64,000 bases of DNA, taken from assembly GCA_013239625.1 (NCBI GenBank), contig PNXV01000239.1, positions 124,001 to 188,000 of the forward strand, in the 5' to 3' direction. Below the pieces are notes generated by a model. The model worked only from the letters and a program-made list of their open reading frames with translations. It had not been told where the DNA came from and did not search any database. The stretch comes from Lama guanicoe (lineage: Eukaryota). The translations under genes and the position numbers were made by a program. Positions 39,601-51,600 of this stretch are shown here, in pieces (the stretch's first letter is position 1; every line of letters starts with the position of its first letter).

Positions 39601-42600
39601 CCTTTTCCTTCCTGCAGTTCTGAGCCAAGAAGAACACTCAAGGTAGGGCAAGGAGCCGAATGGGAAGGGGCACCCAGATGCCACCCCCACCAGGCCCACG
39701 CTGCTCCCCGGGGTGCTCGCACCTGCCCTCCCTGTCTGGGCTGGAAGCAGGGTGCCCTCTACAACATGCCCAAAGCCTTGGAGAGCCAGTGTGCACCTTC
39801 TAGGCCTGGGGCACAGGAAGAGGGCTGCTGTCAGGAGGCAGAGCTGAGCGGTGCAGAACAGTCTCAGACCAGCCTGCAGTCGTTTTCAAGTCCCAGCATG
39901 GACTGAGCACGCCTGGGTTTGGATCCTGCCTCTCTCCCCGTACCAGCTGCGTGACTGAGGAGAATGTACCTTTTCTGAACCTGTTTCCTCACCTGTGAAG
40001 AGGGAGTGCTGGTACTTGAGCACTTCCCCCACAGCACTGTGGTCAAGGTTAAATTACACACAACAATGTGTGTGGGGGAAGGGGCCTGGCGCTTAGTGTA
40101 GAAACTCAGGCAGCTGGTAGCGCTTTGCCTCCCTCACCTGGAGGCTTGTTGCATTTCCCAGGCATTTGGAAGAACCCACGGTAGCAGCAGTGGGAAACCT
40201 TTCAGCAGGTGTGGGAGGAGCACAGTGGGAAGAGTGGATCCGAGATGTGAGAGTCAGGAGGGAGATGACACTCTCACTGCGCGCACCCCACACCACCCAC
40301 GGTTCTCCACCTTGTGCACAGATGAGCTAACTAGGAATCCTTCCAACAACCCCTGAGGTGGTACTGTTATCATCCTTGTTCTCTGGGTGAGGGGATAAGG
40401 CACAGAAAGGGTGAGTGATTTGTGCCGGGGCTCAGTGGGAAGGGCAGCTTTACATCCAGGCAGTGGGCAGGTGTGTCTGTGGTGCGATGTTGCTATGCTG
40501 CCAGGTAGGCGAGGTCAGACAAGCATGCTTGCCTTCAGCCAGAACACTACCAAAGACAACCCTTGAAGAGGGGACTAGACTTTGTCATCCAGGTAGATTC
40601 CAGCAGGGAGGGAGTTGGAAAGTGGGCAGGGGGTGCAGTGTTTAGGACTTGGCTTTAGAATCAGACAGACCTGGGCTCAGTCTCACTCTGCTTTGTGACC
40701 TTGGGCAACTTACTTATCATTTCAGGGCCTCTGAGATCTCACCTGTGTTATTCTCTGGGCTGCTGGGAGGATTAATGAGATAATGTGCTCAGTATAGGGG
40801 TGGAGGGTGGGGGTGAAGGTGCGGGGAGCCCGCACAGCTTCTTTGTTCTTAAGTTTTCTGAATCTCCAGACACCAAAATGTAAGACTGTCGTGGGAGTGG
40901 GGAGCGGTCCTAGAAAATCCTGGTGCTCACAGGAGGTGGGTCCTCATGCTGCAAGCGTGGGGATTTGCAGCATCCTCACTGCCCCTTCCACATAAGGATA
41001 TGAAATGAGGGTCGTGGAGGGGAAACAGGCAGGCACTTTTTCAGAAGAGCAGCTGGCATTCCCCAGCAGCATTTCTGACAAAAGGAGCCTGGAGTTTGAT
41101 CCAGGGCAGGGTAATGGCTGGAGAGTAGGATGAAGTCCAGGCTGGGGATATAGAACAGCCTGGGTCCCAGCTGGGAGGAGAGAGCAGAGAGCAAGCTCAG
41201 CCTGAGGACAGCCTTGCAGCCTAGGCACAGGGAGGGAGATGAAAGCAGAGGCAGCCAGGGTGGGGGACACCATGGAAGCCCCAGCAGAGGGGTGAGAGAC
41301 CACGTGATGAAGTCAGCCTGGGGCATTTTTTCCAGCTAATGAGTCCTGGGAGCATGTGGTCTTCCCATTGTGTCAGCCATCTAGGCAGAATGCAGCAGAC
41401 CTGGACATGAATTGGAGCTTCCAGGCTGGAAGGGATCTTAGCCAGAATGAAGAGGATCAGAATGACCTGTGAGCCATGCACAAGTGACCCATCCCTGATA
41501 ATGAAGTGCCACAGGCTAGGTGTGCTTTTTTTAATTTCCGATAAATCAGGACCTATCCAAAGTCATACCTGCGAGAGTCCCTCATACTCGCCCAGTACAT
41601 TTTCTTGGGTGGAACAGAAAGGGGTTGAGTTTCAGCTACTAGATGCCCTGGAATTGCTAGGTATTGTTGTGAGCACGCGTTGTCCGTTGCTTCTGCAGTG
41701 TTCATCTAAGCAGATTGAGATCCATGGTTATGGCTGCTTTTTTCTGAGGCTCAGCCTCCTGCTTGAACCTCCCCAGGGCTTGGCCAACTTCTCTCTGCAC
41801 GTCCCAGCGGCGTGATCTTACTCCCTCCACTGGACAGCTTTCGAAAGGAAAGCTCTAGGCTCAGAGATAAGCATGCCAGCATTATTCATAATAGAGACAA
41901 ACCAAGAACAAGCCAGGGCTCAAATGAAAAACAACAGGAGAAGGATTACATCTAAGTTATGATAAGTTCACCTACTAGAGTAGTCATCAGACATTAAAAA
42001 TGATCATTGGGAAGCTTCTGTAACAACATACAGAAGTATTTATAAAGTGACACTAAGTAAAAAATTTTCACCCAGTATTGTTCTCTATGATCACAAATAT
42101 ATGACAAAATATATTTATTTAAAAACAAACACTAATTGAATGCTGTGTTTGGTCCTTGCACTCAGTGTACACGTTACCTTACTTAGTCTCCAGCTGCAGA
42201 GTAGAGTAGTATTGGTATTTTTCCCCTTTTACAAATGAGGAAACAGAGGGTCATAGTGGTTCAGTGAAGCTTCCCAGTCAGGAATTCAGAGCCAGGATTT
42301 GAACTGCACTCTTAACATTCTCTCCACCATATCATGATGGGATCAAGATTAGAGAAGGGGGTTATCAGTAACTTTTTTCTCTCTCAGATTTCCTTTTCCA
42401 TTACTATTATTAGAAATTTCTAAAGGAAGTAAGTTTTGGCAGCTCATTTGAGAATGAGGACCAACTCAATAAACGCTTTGCTCTCTTTTCCAGGATGACA
42501 TGGAAGCATACCGGACCCAGAATCGCTTTCTCAACTCCGAGATCCACCAGGTCACAAAGATTTGGAGAAAGGTGGCTGAGAAGGAGAGGGCCCTCCTGAT

Positions 42601-45600
42601 GAAGGTGAGGGGCGGGAGCCCTGTCCTGGCTCTATTCCCAGCCGCCCTTCCTGTCCTCTCACCGTCTCACCACTCTTTCACTCTCCTCATTATTACTCCT
42701 CTCCCTCTGGACTGTGCCTTTGATGATTGGCCTTCCAAATCCCAGGGATCTGCGCTCTGCTGACTGCTGCTTCTGATCATGGAGGAGCAGAGGAAGAGGC
42801 AGGCAGCCACTGTTCCACCTCCCCACATTGCTCCCCATACAGGCCTGTCCTGAATCCTCTTTTAGCTGAGGTTTCTTTAATCAATTCCACTCCCAATTAT
42901 TAGATTTCGGATGTCCAGTTTTCAACAAAATATCAGAAAGCATTCAAAGAAACAGGAAGATATGGCCCATTTGGAAGTAAAAATAAATCGACAGAAAGTG
43001 TCCCAGCAAAAGACCTGATGGCAAATCTACCAGACAAAGACTTTAAAACAATTGTCTTAAAGGTTCTCAGAGAACTAAAGGAAGATGTGGAGAGCCAAGA
43101 AAGCAGTGTGTGAACAAAATAAAAATATCAAGAAAGAGAGAACCTAGAAAGAAACCAAAAGAGATTCTGGAGCTAAAAAGTATAGTAACTGAAGTGAAAA
43201 ATTCACTTAGAGAGATTTACAGGCAGATTTGAGCAGGCAGAAAGAATCAGTGAATGTGAAGATAGGACAGTGGGAATTACTGAGTCAGAAAGAGAAAAGA
43301 CTGAAGAAAAGTGAACAGAGCCCGGGTGACCTGTGAGACACCATGAAGCAGAACAACATATCTATCATGTTATGGGAGTCCCAGAAGGAGAAGAGCAAGT
43401 GAAAGGGGCAGAGAGAATATTTGAAGAAATAATAGTTGAAAACTTTCCAAATTTTATGAAAAAACATGAATACAATTGGCCCTCCATATCCACTGTTTGT
43501 GACAGTGGATCGAAAATACTCTCAAAAAAAATTCCAGAAATTTCCAAAAAGCAAAACTGAATTTGTTGCATGCTGGCAACTATTTACATAGCATTTACAT
43601 TGTATTTGGTATTATAAGTAATCTAGAGATGATTTAAAGTATCCAGGGGGATGTGTGTAGGTTATATGCAAATAACACACCATTTTATACATGACTTGGG
43701 CACCCACAGATTTTGTTATCCAAGAGGAGTCCTGGGACCAATCCCTTGCAAATACCAAGGGATGACCCTAGAAACATCCAAGAAGCTCAACAGACTTCAA
43801 GTAAGATAAACTCAAAGAGACCCACCCCAAGACACATTATATCGAGACTTTCCAAGGGCAAAAGACAAAGAGATACCTTGAAAGCAGAGAGAAGTGACTC
43901 ATCACACACAAAGGGACCCTCAGCAAGATGACGAGCAGATGTCTCATCAAAAAGTCTGATGGCCAAAAGGCAGTAGGCTGAGAGAGTCAAAGCACTAAAG
44001 GAAAAAAACCTGTCAACCAAGAATCCATGCCTGGCAAAGCTTTCCTTCAGAAGTGAGGGAGAAATTAAGGCATTTTCAGATAAATAAAATCTGAAGGGGT
44101 TTGTTGCCCCTAGACCTGCTGTTTAAGAAATGCTCAGGAGGAGTCCTGTGGGGTGAAATGAAAGGACAGTAACTCAAAGCTGTATAAAGAAACAGATCTC
44201 AATGAAGGGAAACACATGGGTGACTATAAAAGCTAGTATTATTGTAACCATGACAGCAAAATGACAGAAATAAGTTCCCCCTTGTCAGTAATTACTTTAA
44301 ATGTAAATAGATTATGGGTGGGGAGTATAACTCAGTTGGAGGGCCCATTCTGGCATTCATGAGGTCCTGGGTTCAATCCCTAGTGCCTCTGTTAGGGGGG
44401 AAAAATGTAAATAGATTAAAGTCACCAGTCAAAAAACAGAGATTGGGAAAAATGGATAAAAATGCATAATCCAACTATATACTGTCTACCAGAGGTTGAT
44501 TTTAGATCCAAAGACCGAAATAGATTGAATGTGTAAGGAAAGACAAGGATATTCTATGCAAATGGTAACCAAAAGAAAGCAGGGTAGCTGTACTAATATT
44601 AGACAAAAAAGACTTCAAATTTTTTAAAAAGTGATAAGAGACAAAGACGTTATATTTTAATAAAAGGGTGAGGAGTATGGAGTGTACTCTGAGGAAACTG
44701 CGAGTTGTTAAAGGATTTTGAGTGGGAGGGCCTCAGTTAGATGAGTGTTTTGAGGAGACTGCTGTGGGTGCTCGGTGGAGGGTGGACTTGAGGAGGTGGG
44801 CCTGGAAGTAGGGAGACTTGGGAGTCTGCAGCAGAAATCCCATAGAAGCGAACTGGTGGGGGCCTCAGGAAGTGGCTCTGGCTTTAGAGGGAAGCAGGGG
44901 TGGGAGCCAGGTGGGACAGGTAGGAGACAGGCTCACAGGATGGCTCAGGGTTAGTGATGGTGACTGGGCAGGGGTGCCACAGGATGGCAGCCTTGGCCTA
45001 GAGACTCCCACTCTGCCACACCAGGATGAGACAGGAGCCAGCTGGCCCCAAGGTCATGGTAATGCTACGAGACAGATTTTTACTGTCCCTATCTTACAAA
45101 GACAGAAAACAGGGCCCGGAGAGGTTACCTGACTTCCCCAGCACCACCCAGCTTGTGTAAATAGAAACACAAAAGTTCAAGGCAGGAGGAGGGGGTAGGC
45201 AGATGGGGAGAATGCAGTGTGTGTCCCACGAGGTAGAGAGAGGTGGTGTGTTGGAGGAATGGAAAGAGCCCACATGGTGGCAGCAGAAGGTACGAGAGCA
45301 GTGTCCAGAGCTCCATGTCCATCCCCTGGGCACTGCTTATACCGTTATACCACCTACAGAGAGCTTGCTCTGGGCCAAGTTCCCTGGAAGAGCTTTACAC
45401 ACATTGGCTCATCTGAGTCTCACAAGAAGTCTAAGGCATACTCTGTATTTTCCCCATTGTTCAGATGAAGAAATTAAGGCACAGAGAGGTTAAGTAACTT
45501 GCCGTAGGTTACCCAGCCTGCAGTGGCTGAACCAGAATGGGACTGCAGGCCATGCAAGAGCCTGTGCTGCTCCTGCCCACCTCTCCCTGCTTTTTCTGAA

Positions 45601-48600
45601 TCCAGCTTCAGCCTTGGGACGGGTTCTCTCCTGCCTGGAACCTTTCTGCCTTGATGTAAATCCTTGGGTTCGGGGCTCATCTCCCTTCCCTTACATGAAT
45701 GGCCAGGGTGGGGATGGATGGGGGTCCAGCTGGAAGATGGGCTGGACTGCCTGAAGCTGTTCAGGCCTAGGGCCTCTGGCCCAAGCCCAACCAGATGGCC
45801 TGACCAGCCCCATCCCTCCCTCCCACAGTGTGCCTACCTCCAAGCCAAGAACTGCCAGGTGGAAAGCAAGTACCTGGCGGGGCTGCGGAGGCTGCAGGAG
45901 GCCATAGGGGGCGAGGCCAGTGAGTGCTCAGAGCTGCTGAGGCAGCTCATCCAGGAGGCACTGCAGTGGGAAGCCGGCGACTCCTCTGCCGACAGCGTCG
46001 TGCTGAGCCCCATCAGGTAAGCCCAGAGCAGGGCTGGGTCTGCAGGACCTGGGGTCCCTGCTGCCAGTTGCTGCTGACCTTGTGTCACATCCCTGACCTC
46101 CTTGGGCCTTCAGACAAATGAGCATGTGGCTGGAATGAGCCCTGTTTCACAGCTGAGGCGGTGCAGGCTCAGCCGAGGCAGCCCCTTGCCCAAGGCCACA
46201 CAGCACATTAGTGCATCTGACATGGGCCTGCCTCTAGAGTTCTGTTTTTCCCACCTCCCCAGGCTGCCCCCTAGAGGTGTTTGTCAGAGCCAAGCTTGCT
46301 GAGGACAGTGGACTTGGACAGTTAAATATAATGGAGGGGCTGTGGCTGGGGTTAAAGGCCCCTAAAGGTTGGGTGGTCCAGTGGCCAGAGCCCAGGCTTT
46401 GGAGCCACATCTGGCTTTGCCACTTTGGGACCCTGGACAAATCACTTTACGTTTGAGCCTCATATTCAGCGTCCGTTAGACAGGGGCTCAGATCCCTGCT
46501 TTGCAGGATCATGAGCATTAAATGAGATAGCACATACAGAGCACGTGCTAGAGGCAAATAAACATTGACTAAATGAAAGGCCATCTGGGTCGGGTCCCCA
46601 GCTTTCCTATTTCTGCTTGTTATTGGTTCTCTGTATTCCCCGTCTGCCCTTGGGCCTCCTGGCCATGGAAGTGGGTTTCTGGAATGGCAGTACAGGACAC
46701 CTTGCGCCTAAGGCTGCATGGAGTAATAAGAGGGTGCTATATATTTGCACAGCATGAATGAGTAAATATCTTTTCAGCATTTACCATGTGCCAGGCAGTG
46801 TCCAGCCCCTAGCAGTTTACTTCAGAGGATCTCACTGGGTCTTCATGAGGCCGAGCAGGAGTTCCTATGCCCATTGTACAGAGCAGACTGAGGTTCGGAG
46901 CAGGAAGTGACCTGCCCAGAGTTACAAGGCCAACCTGCAGTGAAGCCAGGCAGGATCCCTGCCTAGGGTCCACCCTCTCCCCACCGCCCCTTATCTGGGG
47001 AAGGGCCTTGCAGGGTGCCACTGACACAGGATTTTGCTGGCAGCGAGTACGACGAGTACGGCTTCCTGACAGTGCCCAACTACGAGGTGGAAGACCTGAA
47101 GCTGCTGGCCAAGATCCAGGCGCTGGAAGTGCACTCCCACCACCTGCTGGCCCACGAGGCGGTGGAGCGGCCGCTGCGGGAGCGCTGGGCAGCCCTAGGG
47201 GAGCTGGCCCCCTCAGCTGAGCTCAAGCAGCTGCTGCGGGCGGGCGTGCCCCATGAGCACCGGCCGCACATCTGGAGGTGGCTGGTCCGCTTCCGCGTCC
47301 AGCACCTGCAGGCCCCCGGCCGCTACCAGGAGCTGCTGAGCCGGAGCCAGGCCTGCAAGCACCCCGCCGCCCGGCAGATCGAGCTGGATCTGAACCGGAC
47401 CTTCCCCAACAACAAGCATTTCACCTGTCCCACCTCCAGCTTCCCTGACAAGCTCCGCCGGGTACTGCTGGCCTTCTCCTGGCAGAACCCCACCATCGGC
47501 TACTGCCAGGGCCTGAACAGGTGAGCCACACAGCCCTACCTCCCAGGGCACCTCTCAGTCTCTTTGAACCCTCTCAAGAAGCTGGATGGGGCTTACGTAC
47601 AGATGGGGACCAGCAGGTGAAAAGGACATGCTCAAGAAAGCACTGGCCCAGAGCCCCAGGCTCCCGGTCCCGTGCCCTCTCCTGCAGTCTGCGCTCAAGG
47701 TGGTACTGCTCTCTTAGAGAGCATGCGAGCGGGCCCCTGGGGTTAAGTCACGCACAGCCAGCTCACGTATTGCACCACTGCCTGGGTCAGGGATCATTGC
47801 TTTAAACAAAACCCACTCAGAGGAGCCCAAGGAAAAGAGAATTTGTAAATATTACAGGGGAAGCTCCCAAAAGCCAGGAAAAGGAAATAGAGCTAGGGAC
47901 CAGATGGTATTGGAAGCCAGGCAACTCTTTTCTCTAGTGGGGCCACAGTACAGCACAGCCCCAGAGGGCGCCATTCATGCCATTTTCCAAGGGGGTGTTG
48001 TCCCCTGAGACAGTGTAGCTCTCTGTGGGCTACGCAGTCTCTGGCCTCTCACAATACATGGCTGCTTCCTCCTCTCTCAGCAGACCCACCTCTCTGCCTG
48101 TCAGTCTTTGGACATTTAGGGTCCATCAGGGCTGTCAGGATGGAAACCTCAGTCCCTGAGTTGAGCCTCTCAGCAACCGGCTTGTTGATACCTTCATGCC
48201 CCAGGCCTAAATTCCCAAAGAAAGGAATCTGGTCCAGCCTGGATTAATTTCTATTTCAGGTCCAACAGCAGGAGACAAGGGATGGGGGATGGGGTGGGTG
48301 GCGTGACTTGGTAGGGCTGCTCCCACCAGTACTATGGGGAACTCTCACGGCTGCCCCCAGTTATCTTGATAGAAGTGGCATAATCTTAAATATTTCCCAA
48401 AGCAAGTTTTGGCTCAACTCAATTTAAACACACATAATACCAAGCAAAATTTACATAAGCTATTCTGCTATTTTTCTTTTTTTTTCAAAGTAGGCAGTGT
48501 GTGACATTTATTTAACACAGAATAAATATTCAGAGTGTCCTTACACAAATTTGAATGATTCCCAAGGGTAGATATTTTTGATACTTTTTTTCAGCCTGAA

Positions 48601-51600
48601 TTGGGTGGAATTGAGCATATACATGTACAATTACTGGGAATTCAGGGTTAAGCCCCAACATTAATACCTTTCAGTCTAAGGCTCTTAGAAAACATGTTCA
48701 CATTTCATGCTGCTCTAAATGCCTGCTATAGGGGATGTCTGTAGAAATTCATTCATTCATTCATGTATTCAGCAGCCAAGCAGAAGCCTGTGCACTTCTC
48801 ATCTGTTTGAACATGTTAAAATCCAGAAGGGACAAAACTTTGAATCCTCTTTGGATTTGAAGGGAGCTGGAAGCTATAGGATTAGTATGAATAATAATTT
48901 TTACATTTCTCGCAAAGGTCAGGAAGGAACTAAGACTTAAAGAGGGCCTCTTGGATGCCAGGCACTTTACATACCAGACACCATCTAAGCCTCATAAAAA
49001 CCCTGCCAGGTGGGCATCAGTACCCACATTGTCCAGGTGAGACAAGAGGGGGTCTGAGAAGCTAAGGAACCTGCCTGGGCCTCACCGTGCAAGGGGGCTG
49101 GGCCAGCTGCTCACCCTGGTCTCCAGCTCCCAGACCTCATCCTTCCTACCACCTGCCCTCACCCAGAATGGGAACTGTGGCAGAGAGTGTGCTGAGAGCT
49201 CCCAGAAACCTTTTTTCCTGATCAGATATAACCTTTTTTGAGAACAGGAATTCAGTTAGCCATATGTGGGCTTTGGAGTCTAATCTGTGCTGCAGGGGCA
49301 GAGGGGAAATCCTATAGCAGGAGGGGAGTCTTGAGGTCAGCCTCACAGAAGGAACAGCAGAGACCAAGAGGGGGAGACACCCAGAGGTATTTCTTTCCTT
49401 CTTTCTGTAAATGCTGCTTTTGCCAATAATTGGCATTTAGGAAGATAGTCATACTGTTCCTTTAAATAGAAAGTTTTTGAAATAGAGCCTGTTTAAATGT
49501 GGAGAGTGCACTGTATTCTTTTCAAGGCCCCTAAACCCAGCCGGCCGGCCCCTTTCACTCATCTGAGTGCTACTGTCTAGTGGCGGCCATTAGAACTGCA
49601 TGTGTGGTGTCTCAAAAGAGGATGGAACCTGCTTTTATGCTACAAACCCAGCCTTGTTTGAGGGAGACAGATATAGTAATGACTTAATGCTGATTCAGAG
49701 CAAAAATTGTTAAATCCACATCTCTCTAAAATATAACAGGTGCTTTTTAAGCAGTTTTTTTCTTTCTCGCATCACCCTCCTTTACAGACCTGCTTGGGCT
49801 TGAGTGTCTTCAGTTAGAGTCTGGCTGTAGCCCGAGCATTTGCTAGAATGCTTATTACTGACCTTTTTTTCCTCTTTTTCACCCCTTTTAAGTGCACAAC
49901 CCAATGATCTCTAGTAAATTCATAGAGTTGCACAGCCATCCCCACAGTCCGGTTTTAGAACATTTCCATCACCCCTAAAAGATACCTTGGGCCCATTTGC
50001 TTCTATGAATCTGCTTGTTGTGGGCATTTCATTTACCAGTCATACAGTATGTGATCATTTGCATCAAGTTCTTTTGCTTAGCGTAGTATTCTTGAAGTTC
50101 AACCATGTCATAGCATGTATTTTTTTTACTGAGAAGCATTCCATCACATGGATGTGCCATATTTTGATTATCCACTAACCAGCTGATGGACATTTGGATT
50201 GTTTCTACCTTTTGGCTATTATGAATAATGCCATGAACATTCCTGGGCAAGTCTTTGTGGGAATGTATATTTTCCTTTCTGCCGGGGGCATTTTTTTCAA
50301 CAGAGGCTCAATTTCCATTGTCTAAATGTACCATAACGTTTTTAAATCTTTTTTGTTTTGTTTTGTTATGAGAATTCGGCCACAGATATTCTTATGTCTG
50401 GGCTATTCTGCAGCATTAAAACACAACTAAAAAAGTTTTAAAAGTCACAAGGAACACACATCTAAAATTTTCACTAGCCCAGAAAAAGTTCCCAGTACCA
50501 ACAGGTGAGGCCCACAGAGTGGCAGGGAGGCCTGCTGAGGAGTCGGGGATGGGGCAGGAAGCAGAGGCCGGCCAAGGGTGAGGCAGCTTCCTGGGAGTTA
50601 AGCCTGAAGACAGGCACAGGCCAGCGAACCTTCCTGTGGCTATTAATGAGAACCTGTGGCCTGGGCCTCTTCAAGGGGACCAGTCTTTGGGAAGCTGAGA
50701 GCAATATGATTTGGAAACAAAGCCCATGGAAGTAAAAACAAGGTCCTTTGGCCTCCTCCCCCAGGAGAAGGGGTCCTGAGTTACCCCACCAAGCATGTTG
50801 AGAGCATTCTTGGATTCAGAAATCATGTCATACCCTTGCCCCCAGTGGCATTACTGGGACTTGCAAAAACAGTGGTGTTGGTTCCCAAAGCCCCACGCCT
50901 TGCTTAGGGCCTTCCATGAGTGGCATCTTAGCAGGACTAAACCTCCCTTCTGACACAAAAGCTTTATCCTACCAGTTCAGGATTGAGTCAAAATATTAAA
51001 AATAGTACAAACCACTGAACATTACCAACAGCTCACATATCAAATCACTGACCTTTTACTGTGAGCAGAAGTCTGAGCTAATGCTGATAGCCAGCTCCTA
51101 ACTGAGCACATCCTGAGTGAGGCTCTAGTGGAATGAGGAGGGATGGAGAGAACAGGCTGGACTTAGGGAGCCCTCGGTTCTATTTCCAGTCTGCTGCCAC
51201 CTGACTGTATAGTCTTGAGCAAGTCAGTTTAGCTCTCTGGGCCTCAGTTTTCCTGTTTCTGCAATGACCAGGGATAACCAGTAGGAAGTAACTGCCTGGA
51301 GCCTCGTCTTGTGAGTTTCTGAGGCAGCCTTCAGACTCAGTGGGAAAGAGTGCTGTGATCAATTAGTTATGTCTGGCCCAGGCACACACAAAGACAGTGG
51401 TGGCCAATGTATCACATTTGCTATCCCTGAGCTAAATAACCTCTGTAGGCCTTCCCACTTCTCCATCTCTGAGAGGGCAAAGACTCTTATTTCCAAGAGA
51501 CCTGTAACTGTTCTCACCATCCACTCAGCTAGACTCCGGAGGACTTGGTACAAATATTTTAGCTGGAGTGGAGAGAAATTCCTTCCCAATCTACTGGGGG

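Larger units (their letters stand above)
42910..44670 (+). mobile_element. Old L1 fragment (ORF1 and start of ORF2 endonuclease), interrupted by MER2-like and SINE insertions
   Basis: ORF1-like MGVPEGEE...IFEEIIVENFPN and IQEAQQTSSKINSKRPTPRHII; ORF2-start-like taattactttaaatgtaaat...aaccaaaagaaagcagggtagctgtactaatattagacaaa. Confidence 0.88.

Noticed and set aside
47021..47043. Alternative exon 9 acceptor at cacag (AG 47028-29)
   Set aside because: Would add 14 nt and frameshift before the TBC domain; it has no pyrimidine tract.
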